A stretch of DNA of 64,000 bases. It comes from Psilocybe cubensis (lineage: Eukaryota). The DNA is taken from positions 1,116,001 to 1,180,000 of the forward strand of contig CM039000.1 of the NCBI GenBank assembly GCA_017499595.2. The letters are read 5' to 3'. The position numbers were made by a program, and so were the translations under genes. Of this stretch, positions 1 through 11,392 are shown one piece after another. The notes under the pieces were generated by a model, which had not been told where the DNA came from, ran no database searches, and was given only the letters and a program-made list of their open reading frames with translations. How positions within the stretch are numbered: position 1 is the first letter of the stretch; the number at the start of each line of letters is the position of its first letter.

Positions 1-1578
1 CGTCCAAGTTGGCATCTCCAAGCTTGAGCGAGACGGGAAGGGACGGTGTGAAGGATGTATCTGATACGAACAAAGATGGAGATGAGGGGAATAGGGAGGA
101 AAGTGGGAATTTGACGAAATTCTACGAGTATGTGAGACTTCAAATGAAGTGGCAGTCAAAAAGTGCGTTCTCGCTTACTGGATTGCTAGTAGTATCAGTC
201 AAGTCGTACTTGAAGTTGGGGTCCGCGATACATAGATCTTCCGGCCGCCTGCAGACGCGGACTCCTTTCTTAATTCCCGATTCCGTTGATGAAGTGCAAA
301 GGGGGAGTTGCTGGTTATATGCTATGTTGATGTAGCAGTTGTCACCGACACCTTTGGACGACACACTCTGACAGGTCGAAAAAAACATGTCGATTGTTCC
401 ATCGCGGTCTACAAAGTCATAAAAGTCAGAAATAAGTATTTCAAGGTGGCATGGTGGCATACCAATGTCAGCAAATGATATGGCCTGAGTACCAGAGGGA
501 AGGTTGCCTTGCTGGGAGAGAGAAAACCCTTTATCTTTGGCGTTGACCCATACTTGATATGTCTTTCCGCCCCGTCCATCGTCACATACGATGAAAACGT
601 CTAATAACATGTCAGCATGGACTATAAACCTTTGAATCCCGTCGACTTACCTGCTAAACAATCTCCATCAAGGTCGACAACAGCATTACTATGTGGGTTC
701 GAAATGGTACACTGCTGTCCTTTGAAGTTGGCATCCTGCCTGTACTCCACGTCAGTGCCTCTATTCATATTCAGGTTTGAGACAATTTACACGTTAAACA
801 GTACTGGATTCGGAGAAGAGGCATTCCACGTATTCTGCCAGATTTGGAAAATATCGCTGGAGCTGCCTGTCGAAGATGTAGTCATCCCAAGTAAGTCTAT
901 CTTCATATCTCCATCGACATCAATGGGTATAGGTTGCGAAAGAGTTGAGGGTGGTAATTTAAGGGGGTTGTCGATGTCTGAAAAAACGGTTAGCATTCGG
1001 TGGACGTGTTTTTGGTGAGAAAGTTACCAAATCCATCGCCAGGAAGGGAGGGGTATAGGGTTAAGTCGAGCTGGCTGTTTGATCGGCTTTGGCTCATAAC
1101 CAGGATGTCTAGCTTTCCGGAATGCGTAAAGTCTCCTGGTACAACGTTGTAAACTTTTGTGGGATGTCTGAATGTGCCACCATCGACAAATTGGAATGCA
1201 TCTACGATTGTATAGTCAGCTTGAGTTTTAGCATTGCTTGAGCAGCGGATTCGGTACCATGATTCCAATGGTGGACTGAGAGCGTTTGCTGGTCGGATCC
1301 TAATACGAGAAGATCGAGACTTCAAGGGGCTAATCAATTATTTACATTCAATACAAACAATAGTATGCATACAGTTGGTCGCCGTCAAAGTCTCCAAAGG
1401 CTACTACCCTTCCGTCACCGCTCAACCCCAATGCACCAGCATCTACCAAGGAATTTCCAGAAAATCGCTTCGGTGGAAACGGCCAAATAGCAACTCCAGG
1501 CGAAACATAACAGACAGAAACGAGAATTGTCGATAGCAGGAAGATATTTCGCCGTCTTCCAGGACGCCTGAGATACAT
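1..1578 (-). CDS. FG-GAP repeat membrane protein, ITFG1/TIP/LINKIN-like (multi-exon; 3' part runs off the window start)
   Basis: Signal peptide (MYLRRPGRRRNIFLLSTILVSVCYVSPGVAIWPFP). Repeated FG-GAP Ca-binding loops: FGDFDGD, PGDFTHSGKLD, IDVDGDMKIDL, VDLDGDCLAD, ADIDRDGTIDM, LGDANLDG. Introns of ~50-60 nt. Confidence 0.85.
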
Positions 1579-2438
1579 GTTAGATGTGCGCTGCGCGCAG
1601 GCAGACTAATAGTTTGGGTTCAACCTCAGGAGGTCATCGCCATTCAACGTTGCCGCATGGTGGCAGTGCTAATATTTGGTCTCAAGGACAATGACTTTGG
1701 ATACATTTTGGTTACATACTTCCCTTGTGACTCTATTGTCTTGTCACGTCACTCATTCCTCTTGAACTGTTCCCTTGACTTGTGCCGCACCCAGATTGTT
1801 TCCAGGCGTTTGCAATGGACGTTGTTTGTCTTTTCTATGGCTCTTGCTCCACCTATATGGCTCCGCAAACACAAGGTTATCCATCATTCAATCATTTGCC
1901 GAATGAATGTTCTCGCCCTTTGTTCAACTTCTGTCTGAAAATTCTCGGAAAGAACTGGTTGGACCCAATGGATTCCGCACAGGCTTCTTAGGTCAACAGA
2001 CCAGCAGTGTGAGCAATACGACTCAAAGATCAATCTTTGCCGACTGAAGCCACTAATGCATAAGCTGATTACTGCCTTCACATTCTCAGACTAGGCATTT
2101 TCTTGATATCCATAATCAAAATAGACCGACGCGCGGTCATGAGACGTCGGTATCTGCCTTCTTACCCGTCTTCTTGCCTGGTTTCATCCTTTTATACCTT
2201 ATTTGACTCTAATTCAATGTCAAAAGAGCCGAATTGTGTTCCTTTTTGGCTCGTGCGCCTGCTCGGTATGTTCGAGGCTAAAATATCTGGTGGGACAATA
2301 CTCTTGCAGAACTCGATGTATTTTTTGCAAATACAATCCAATCCAATAATGCAAGACATATGCTACCGGACTGTATGTTTCCACCGTCCTATCACGGTGC
2401 TATACATTTTGTCCCTATTTATTACGGTGGCTCTCAAG

Positions 2439-2446
2439 TATAAAAG
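2439..2446 (+). promoter_or_regulatory. TATA box of cerato-platanin 1
   Basis: TATAAAAG lies ~75 nt upstream of the ATG at 2514. Confidence 0.6.
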
Positions 2447-2513
2447 ACCTGGTAACACATTCGAATTCAACAGTGCAATTTGACCAACCAACTTGTCCAG
2501 TGCAACATCTACT

Positions 2514-2945
2514 ATGAAACTCCCGGCAACCCTCTCTCTCATTTTCGTACCAGCTGTAGTTCAAGCAGTACTGACTACGAGCTTTGACCCTGTGTACGAT
2601 AATGTCAATGGTTCTCTCGCTACCGTCGCCTGTTCCAATGGGGCCAACGGTCTCCTCACTAAAGGTTTTACTACCTTTGGTTCTCTGCCCTCTTTCCCCT
2701 TCATCGGGGGTGCGCCTGCTGTAACAGGCTTCAATTCAGCTGGCTGTGGTACATGCTGGAAACTTGCATTCACCAATTCCTCCAACATTACCACGAGTAT
2801 CAACATTCTAGCAATTGATGTTGCCACACCCAATTTCAACATCGCTCTGGCCGCTATGAACAATCTGACCAACAACCAAGCAGAGCAACTCGGTAGAGTT
2901 CCTATAACTGCTACTCAGGTCGCCGCATCCGTTTGCGGATTGTAA
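2514..2945 (+). CDS. Cerato-platanin / SnodProt1 family small secreted protein (copy 1, intronless)
   Basis: Signal peptide, SFDPVYDN...SLATVACSNGANGL, IGGAPAV.GFNS..CGTCWKL, LAIDVA..FNIA..AMN.LT, C-terminal CGL. Four Cys. Confidence 0.95.
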   Translation: MKLPATLSLIFVPAVVQAVLTTSFDPVYDNVNGSLATVACSNGANGLLTKGFTTFGSLPSFPFIGGAPAVTGFNSAGCGTCWKLAFTNSSNITTSINILAIDVATPNFNIALAAMNNLTNNQAEQLGRVPITATQVAASVCGL

Positions 2946-3602
2946 GTCCTCATTTAAAATAAAGCGAATCTGGAATTCCTCTCACCCCTGGCTCATAGGT
3001 AAAATCCTTCCTGTCCGGCATATACCATTCTCATGGACTATTTTTCGAACGCTGATTCTTTTCTTTCGTGTTCTCCCGTGGACCTTATATTTCTCATTCG
3101 GACATTTCATTTTGTTAATATAACTTCTCTCAGGACAATGTCAATTGTATTTCTGCACCCTCCTTTGATTCCGAACATCGCCTTTACAGTGACCATATGT
3201 GTCTATGGCTGCCGTAGTGATGCTTCAAACTTCAAAATGTCGATTACTTGATCAAAATCAACGACTTTGCCCTTCCTACGGTCTGTACATCGCCGTAATT
3301 AGTCTCGTGGTCTGCGGTAAAAGGGTCTATGCATGGTATATGTATGGTATGAAATATCGACACTGGCAGCTTCTTTGATAAGTCATCGTTTGGCTTTGCT
3401 TCTAGAATATCGAAGAATGGCTCTAACTTATGACTACAGAGGTCGACGCTTCTCACCCAGTGCGTCGCCCCAGTGATATAAATAAGATCGGAGCTTACTT
3501 CGCATTCTTAAAGAGTCAGATCAGTGATACCGAGGCCACATGTTTCGAACAGCTGGTTAAGTTTGTTCGTTCTTCCGTTTTGTAAGTTCACTGAAGTTCC
3601 AC

Positions 3603-3610
3603 TATAAAAG
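3603..3610 (+). promoter_or_regulatory. TATA box of cerato-platanin 2
   Basis: TATAAAAG lies ~97 nt upstream of the ATG at 3700. Confidence 0.6.
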
Positions 3611-3699
3611 ATTTGAACGTTGAGGTGAAATGCTCCAAAAAATCATTCCTTTCGGCCTAACTGTGTCGAGTAAAAATTACCTGTACCACCACCGTTAAT

Positions 3700-4128
3700 A
3701 TGAAGCTCTCAGCCATCGTCTCCCTTGTTCTTGTCCCTGCCATTGTTCAAGGCTTAACCACAAGCTTCGACACAGTCTACGACAACGCTGCCGCGTCACT
3801 AGCCACCGTCGCCTGCTCTGACGGGCCTAACGGTCTGCTGACTAGAGGCTTCACAACCTTCGGCTCTCTGCCTCACTTCCCAAATATCGGCGGCGCACCC
3901 GCCGTCACAGGCCACGGCTCTTCTGCCTGCGGTACATGCTGGCAGCTCGCCTTCAAAAATTCTTCAGGAATCACAAACACTATCAATATTATCGCCATAG
4001 ACGTCGCGACTCCCAACTTCAATATTGCTTTAGGAGCGATGAACAAATTGACCAATAATCAAGCTCAGCAGCTTGGTAGAGTTAGCATCACCGCTACAGA
4101 GGTCGCGGCTTCGGCTTGTGGATTGTAA
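3700..4128 (+). CDS. Cerato-platanin / SnodProt1 family small secreted protein (copy 2, intronless)
   Basis: Same motifs as copy 1 (VACSDGPNGL, CGTCWQL, IAIDVA, CGL) and clearly paralogous to it. Confidence 0.95.
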   Translation: MKLSAIVSLVLVPAIVQGLTTSFDTVYDNAAASLATVACSDGPNGLLTRGFTTFGSLPHFPNIGGAPAVTGHGSSACGTCWQLAFKNSSGITNTINIIAIDVATPNFNIALGAMNKLTNNQAQQLGRVSITATEVAASACGL

Positions 4129-4453
4129 ATGTAAGTTGTGTCGTTGCGTGTCATCGACATCCGAGCATTTGTTCACGGTTGTATTTATTTTTCCAGATAA
4201 ACATTATATACCTTTCTGACGCGTCGAAGGAACCTTTGGACTTGAATTTGGCACTAGTTTCTTCTTCTCTTTCTTACCTTGCTTGGTTTTTTGAACTCAC
4301 TACACACTTACATTAGTAAAAACGAGCACTTTTCTACTCCAAACCAAAACAATGTTTGTAAGATACTCTATGGATTCACCACGTGGGTATAATCCTGCAA
4401 GTCGTAAATTGCACAATCATGTTGTAAACAGTCAATCCTGCACCCCAAGCTGA

Positions 4454-7061
4454 TCAGTGTGCAAAATTAAGGCGGGGAAAGGGTTGGATACGGGTCTCAG
4501 GGACCGTCACGGCGAGGCTTCTTGGATTGCTGAAGCAAAGGTTATAGTAGCAATCCTGTAATCTAGAAACGAAGGTACATACACTTTCAAGAAGATATGG
4601 TCCTTCATTTTCTTCGGGAAGAGGGGATGCCCTTTTAGAATTAGTGTGGGATTGTGAGCCGGTGGTGCCTTTAGAACCAGTTAGATGTTGTGAGCTACGA
4701 GTGCCTTTGGAATTAGTGTGGAATTGTGAGCTAGAAGTGAAAAGACGCGATGGTACAGTATGTCTGAGCAGAATATTAGTTGTAAAGCCCCGAGGGGACT
4801 CCACGTTTGTTTCATGCTTCATAAACTCATCGTCCTTGTGAGCGATGATGAAATTGAGAATTATTCGCTGGAATGCTTCGTGGGCGAATTCTATGTGGGT
4901 TCTTAGATCTCCGGTGCTTTCGTGATCCGGCAAGTAATATGGACCTGTCGAAATGGCCTCCGCTAAGGGTCGAATCAGGTCATTTACGGTAGGAAAGAAT
5001 TTGGAGTGGACAATATTCGATGCTTTGATAGCCTTGGATACAAGAGAGTCGAGGAGCACTCCGCGATCTTCACAGTCAACTGTGCTTGTAAAGAGATTCC
5101 AGACTGTGGATCCGATCCTTTCGGCTGCATGTTTGTCCCCATAATCTGCGTTAGCGACCATAAGCCAATATAACATGATCCAAAATATTGATTCTGCTTC
5201 ATGATAGAGCTCATGCCTCCACACTCGTTCGGTCGTATTCATCTTGTCCTGTTCCAATGTGTATTCTTTCATCTTGTCCTGGTCAAAATATTTGGCACGT
5301 GTCGGAAGATATTGTTGATAGATCATCGGAGCGCTGGGCATGGCGGGTACCATGACTAACCTTCTGGCAGGAAGGTCTGGATACGGTCCGTTATTCTGAA
5401 CAGCTCTTGCAATGAAAAGCGGTGTTCCCTGTCGGATACCAATCATTAGCGTATGCAATAAGATTTCAAACTGAGACTGACGGTTCTGTCGTTCCGTGGC
5501 TGTCTTGGGTCGACATCTAGACGCTCTGCACGATTGAAATCGATAAGAACAACAGAGGTTTGTTGAGGGTTATCACTATCATGATGGTTAAACTTGAAAC
5601 GGACTCAAATACCCGTGACAATTCTTACCTTTCGCCCAGAAGATGTTTAACGAAGCATATTTCCGGCTCATTCGGGTCCTCGTCGACTTTGTTCGAGTCG
5701 TTAGTACGATTCCAAACAACCATGATGTTTCCTATGCTCAGATCACGATGAAGGACATTGCGTTTGGTTCGAAGATACCTCGTTACTGTAATCCGTCAGC
5801 TTATCACTTTATGACATGTATTGCAACATGATCACCTTCAAGTGCATCATATGAGACTTCCAGCATACCACGTAGCGTCCGGATATGCATAAATTGCTCG
5901 CCATGCTGCAATAATCCCAGACGGCGTTTGATTCTGTGTTCAAAGTGCACAGGAGTGTTCCATTCCTCATCATGCAGTAGCGTCACAACGCCTGGCGTAT
6001 TTTGAATGTGTTTAAGGATCTCTGGTTCGGTGAAACGTGTATTGCGACAGTATTGGTCTTTCACTACGCGCAGAGGTTGCCTATTGATCATCAATGGATC
6101 CATGCTGTCGTCCATGGCAAAAACATATGTGGTTGTTCCAAATGGATTGCTTGCGTATATGGCTTGGAATCCACCTTGTTTCGTGGGCGTGGTCCCCGGC
6201 TTGAGGGTCAAAGATAACGTATATTCGAACTTTTGAGTCCTGTTGTTAAATCCTACTTCATAGCGGTCGTCTTTGAAATGGCCAGGGTCGTACAGATGCT
6301 TGATCAGAGCGTAAAAGGTCGAAAGAAATTCTGGGGAAGTAAATTTGAGCTCCACGTCATAAATGCCCTGCCCGGTGATTCCGACCATAAATGTAACTCC
6401 TGACTGATTGACTAAAAGACCATGAGAAACATATAGGTCCGGTCTTGCAAGGACCAAGTAGTAAATATACGCTGCGGCCTGCCTCCTTTTTTATCGAAAC
6501 GTTTTTCCTTAGATGCATACTCTGCAACGAGTTGGATGAAAGGCCATCCAAAGACTTCATTTGGGTGTCACCAGCCTACAGGTGAGCCACCCTCGACATC
6601 TATGAAGGCTGCGATAATATCTGGTTTACATTGAGTTTTAGAGATGTGGCGTGGTTGAGAGCGTGTGGATGTATCCGCAAAAAGCAATTTTGGACCTAAA
6701 ACCAGTTGATGTTGATGAACTTGATTGACTAGGTTAAAATCTGTACAAACAACCTACCAGAGGATCCTCTTTCGTCTCGCCAGACATTTTCTGAAATTTT
6801 ATTCACGAGGTCAATGAAAGCTTGGAGAGATTCCACGGCCACATCAATATTTCCTGGGCCCAGGGCGTTTCGGTCCTTGTTTAAATATGTAAAGTATTCG
6901 TCCAGTTCGATCCTTTTAATGATTTGCATGGCGAAATTAGAAACCCCTTCTCTCTGATGTTCGCTATGGAGTCCTGAAATGCTGCGAACAGCCTCAGGTC
7001 CACAGGAGAGCTCGGACTTTGAAAAGACATTCAGATATCGGCGATGGCCGAGCGTACACAT
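4454..7061 (-). pseudogene. Fungal-specific FunK1 (Pkinase_fungal) protein kinase, apparently disrupted
   Basis: Spliced motifs: KPDII, QAAAYIYYLVLARPDL, VVKDQY..EPEIL, LHRDLSIGNIM, VLIDFN, RTGTPLFIA, HELYHEAESIFW. Exon 2 has an in-frame TGA at 6568-6570 and a frameshift at the T6 run 6487-6492. The exact 3' end is uncertain. Confidence 0.75.
4630..4735 (-). repeat. Degenerate 33-bp (11-aa) tandem repeat in the kinase C-terminal tail
   Basis: SSQFHTNSKGT / RSSQHLTGSKGT / TGSQSHTNSKRA. Confidence 0.7.
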
Positions 7062-7168
7062 CAATTGCTGGGTACTAGTAGTAGTACTAGTAGTGGTAGA
7101 AGCTCAACGTATATACTGGTATACCTCTTACATTACAAGCATTCGAGAAACCCCTCCTGGTACACATC

Positions 7169-10100
7169 TCACCGCCTCTCACGAACTTTAAACCACACAA
7201 CTCCAATGACTCCAATACCGAATCCACCAATGAAAGCTACATGGATGAGAACATCCCGATAATAATTGTTAAGCCCAAATCCGAAAAGCTAAAATGAAAT
7301 ACGGTTCAGTATTTAATTGTTAATTAAGTAGAGCCAGGCGTGCTACACACCAAATTCATAATCAAACTTGCAGAGATGTTGACTGGTACACCCTGCAGGG
7401 TATCCTGGATCATCAATCCAGAGTCTACTTCGTTGACTGATAACGCCTCCAAGGTATATTTCAACGGACACAGCCACTGCAGCCATCGAAGCACAGGGGG
7501 TATTTCGCTCAAATGGACGAAGAATCCTGCAAATGTCATCTGATATAGAGCCGAAAGAGCAGAAAGGAGGATGGCAATTCCTCCATTCTCGAACAAAGTC
7601 CCTAGTAGGAAATTCTGTTGAAAAAATGTGGTAAGACATCATTATATGGGAAAGTTTTTATGGAGGAAAGAGACATACAAAAAGTGTCATGGCTAAACTA
7701 TACAGCACAAGGATAAGAAGAAACTTGAAAAAGTTTGCGGCGTTGGGAGCAAGATTTGCCATCCAGTACGTTCTGTTCGTCATTAGTATACATGCTCCAA
7801 GCTTGTCAAAGCAGCCTGAAAATTACTCACATTGAACCAACAATTATGGTGGGAATCAATCGGAGAGGTATCATATCGAAGAAGAAACGAGAAAGGAGCC
7901 ACGCGGTAGGGCTAATACATTAGGTTAGTAAGTTCTGCGGGACCAGTTGTATTAGAGGCTACTTGCCTATAATATCCACTCGAGCGCTCTCGCAGAAAGA
8001 GAGGCCGTATTTCAACCATATTGTGGAGAGCACTGAGGGACGAAAACGCAATCAGGGCACCCTGATATATAGGGGAGGCGATTAACATTTATAGAAAATC
8101 ATCTACTAGGTAAACTTACAAGGAAGAATAAACAGCCAACACGAGATTGGAAACCCGCGATTGTGATTCCTGTATTGAAGTACAAACCACCTAGAGCGAG
8201 TCGAGAACATAAGTTGTCAAGCAATGCCTGTGAAGCGAAAAGAGATCATACCACAGAACACGCCCAAGATAGAGGCGACAACTACATGTGTCAGGAACAA
8301 ACTCTTGTCCCTCTTCAATATCTTCCACTCTCGCCCACACAGATGCTGAAGCTGCGTCAAAAATGTTGTAGGGTAAACACTCCGACTAAAATTATTGCTG
8401 GAGAATATCCGTTTTCGGGAACCTCCAAGGTGAGCTGTCGATCCCTTTTCTGATAAAATAATCTGAGGTTGGCTTTCGGATGAAGTTTTGTGAAGTTCAT
8501 CATCACCAGAAGCCGAAGGTGTGGCGGCTTGCAATGAAGTGGTTTGTATTTGAAACAGGCTGACATGCGGATCGTTGGCGACTTCCAAAAGGTATTCGGC
8601 GACATTGTATCCCTGCTGGTAGGGTGCAACAGTGTCAGGAGAGACGGTTGCAAAATGTTCAGCTGGGGCGAAACCGCCAGGCCCTGAGTAGAGGGAGCGA
8701 CCGTGCGACAACAGTACCACAAGATCGAACTTCTGGTACAATTGTGAGCTAAAAAGAGTTGTATCAGCCTGTAGATCTATGTATACAGGATGTAGGGCTT
8801 GCCTTGGTTGATGTATTGAAGCGATGATAGGCGTTGGATTGACAGGATCGTGAGCAATGTCGTACAACACATTGGCGATCCTCGCCGCTGATACTGAATC
8901 AAGGCCGGAGGTAGGTTCGTCCAGAAGAAGCACATCAGGACAGGCAATCAGTTCCAATCCAATACTAACTCTTCTCATCTCCCCGCCACTGATGCCCCGG
9001 TTTTTACTGCCCATCACATCACCTATTCTTGAGTTTTTGATAGCTGATATGCCTAATTTTTCAAGCAATGCATTGACGCGATCTTTCTTCTCTTGCTCTG
9101 TGACGGTTTCAGGTAGACGCAACCGAGCAGCGAACAGAAGAGCCTCAAATACGGTTAGCATGGGTGGCAGTATATCCTGCTGTGGAACAAAACCGATGCG
9201 GGGAGCGCTATTCTGATCAGCGTTTTCTGCAATAACACCGAAATGTCCTGATATGACTCCTGATTTGCTCCTTCCCGCCAAAATTTCAACCAGAGTCGTT
9301 TTTCCAGCGCCTGAAAAATATCGTGAGATAGGGGCGATATTTTGGGTTGAAAAAAACCGCACCACTGGGCCCAAGAATAGCCATCATCTGCCCTGGTTTG
9401 ACAACTCCAGTGACGTTGTCCAAAATTACTTTGTCGGTATATATTTCGGTTGCGCCGCCTTTCCTCCTTCCAAATATCGGTATCTTCACGGATTCCGACT
9501 CTCCAGGTATTGTGTAACTCAAGTTGGTCCACTCTACAGATGCTCGGCTTCGTTCCACTGACACACCTCTCCTTCTGGCAGCTCTTTGAGACCTCAAACC
9601 AAGGGCCAGCAACAAGAGCGATAGCAGAATCAAAGCCCCAACAACGGCCAAGCCGGCTATAACCCCACCGCTGAGCGGCTTCGACTTTGTGATATCGGTA
9701 GCGGTGTTAGCACTAGAACCATCGATAGCGTTCTGTCGCACGCACTCCCCAAACGTGCATCCGTTTAGGGTTAGACCACCAGGACCGAATAAACTTTGCA
9801 AAGTTGCTTGCTTGAAATTGCAGGTCGCTGTCTCCGATGAATTGTCCACTGCGCCACATTCAATGTCTAGTGATCCACCGAGGCCGTTTATCGCTCCCCC
9901 AATCATTCCACAGAATGTGGTTCCTGGTCGACACGTACATCGCAGGTTTTGACATTGCCAATCGGCACTCCCTGCGCCTGAACTGTTCAAGTTTTGCGTA
10001 CAGGAATCTGCTGAGCAATAGAATTGTTCGACTCCGTCGTAGAATAGTTGGGCAAACGCTGTATTGGCAGCTCCAAAGGACGTTGTGTTGGGTATGGGGC

Positions 10101-10646
10101 TTAGTCCGGGCTGCAGTGTTCGCATAATATTGAGAGTTGAGGATAACGGGAATATGGCCTGGAGGGTGGGATTCTACAAAGCATTCAGTAACTATTGAAA
10201 ATATACGTTATGATGCATTGTTAACGTACAATGACTTTGCAACTCATCTGACTGGAAGCATAAACCCGTGCTTGAGTATTGCACACCATAGTGTCATTGC
10301 CTTGAGATCCCAACGTGGGCGAGGTTGTGGAGAGTGTACCCAGTGACGAAAGCCCATTTTTGCAAGCATCCGCTGTTTGGCAGACGTTACAAGCTGTCCC
10401 TGTCCATCCATTTTCACATGAACATCCCGCCGCAGTCAAATTGGCGGCGGACCCCGACACAGCGGCTAGGGGGCGTTGCGAGCCTTGGAATATGGTACCA
10501 CCACATGCTGGCTGGGAGCATGTCGAACCTCCAAACCCTGTGGGACATAAACAGTCTGAGCCATTGACAATGCCATAGTTCTCGCAGTCCAAAGCTTGAG
10601 CAAATATCGCGAAAATAAGGGCAATAAACACGGTTATTGAAGGCAT
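7169..10646 (-). CDS. ADP1: ABCG-family half transporter with an N-terminal Cys-rich EGF-like ectodomain (Adp1-like)
   Basis: Signal peptide, EGF-like repeats (CLCPTGFGGSTC, CSCENGWTGTAC), a TM helix, Walker A GPSGAGKT split by an intron, signature ISGGEMRRVSIG, Walker B LLLDEPTSGLDS, SIHQP, and an ABC2 membrane domain ending IGVVWFKVRERR*. Confidence 0.92.
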
Positions 10647-11035
10647 ATCGGTTGACCAATTTGAGGCTGGTTATAGGTGGCAAACAGTGGAAAGGGGTAT
10701 AAATCAGAAACGACAGTAGACCATAGGAGGCCCACTCCGTTTCTCAGGAGGTAGGGGTATAAGTGGGACCTGGGGAAGACTAGGATGTGGTTTGAGAAGA
10801 GGTTTCGACTATAATAATAATTGCCCTGATTGCCCCTGCATGGGTGTCAAGAAGCCAAGAATTGACCAATAGGTGCGGGCGGGGCGCCGCAGTCTGCCGC
10901 AGTATTTGATTTCTCACGCTGGGAGTCGCGTAAATATTATGTCACGTGAAAGGCATAATTCCGTTCCGAAGCCAATTTGTAAGTTGCCTCCTCACCACTT
11001 TCATTGAACATACAGACAGGTGTCCACTTGGAGTC
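10647..11035. promoter_or_regulatory. Short divergent promoter region shared by the ADP1-like gene and COX17
   Basis: 389 bp between head-to-head ATGs. Contains CCAAT (10866, 10972), a GC-box-like GGGCGGGGCG (~10877) and TCACGTGA (10942). Confidence 0.5.
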
Positions 11036-11392
11036 ATGTTTGGCAAGGTATCTTTTTTGTTGTTCTCTCCATTGAAAATGTTGTATGTTAACTAATTTCT
11101 GAAGATTTCGTCATGGTGGTCGCCAACCCCCGCTGCGGATGACAAACCTTATAACCCATCCGACCCTAAGATGAATCCTCTGAACCCCAAAGGCTTGAAG
11201 CCGTACGTATGATGTGCCATGCCACGCGAATGCCAACTAACCGCATACATCAGATGCTGCGCCTGTCCAGAAACCAAATCCAAACGTGACGATTGTTTCC
11301 TCCGGTATGACCCATCGGAAGCGGAGGGAAAGTGCAAGGACGAGCTCGCGGCCCACATTGCCTGCATGCGAAGCCTTGGATTCAAGGTCTGA
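11036..11392 (+). CDS. COX17: Cytochrome c oxidase copper chaperone Cox17 (3 exons: 11036-11047, 11105-11202, 11254-11392; absent from the ORF track)
   Basis: Spliced protein MFGKISSWWSPTPAADDKPYNPSDPKMNPLNPKGLKPCCACPETKSKRDDCFLRYDPSEAEGKCKDELAAHIACMRSLGFKV has the KPCCAC motif and twin CX9C. Introns are canonical. Confidence 0.95.

Noticed and set aside
3244..3456. 70-aa minus-strand ORF between the cerato-platanins
   Set aside because: Non-ATG start, no motif, and no supporting splice sites.
2561..4055. Antisense ORFs over both cerato-platanins (2561-2875 and 3873-4055) that resemble each other
   Set aside because: They are shadow ORFs; the similarity follows from the duplicated sense genes.
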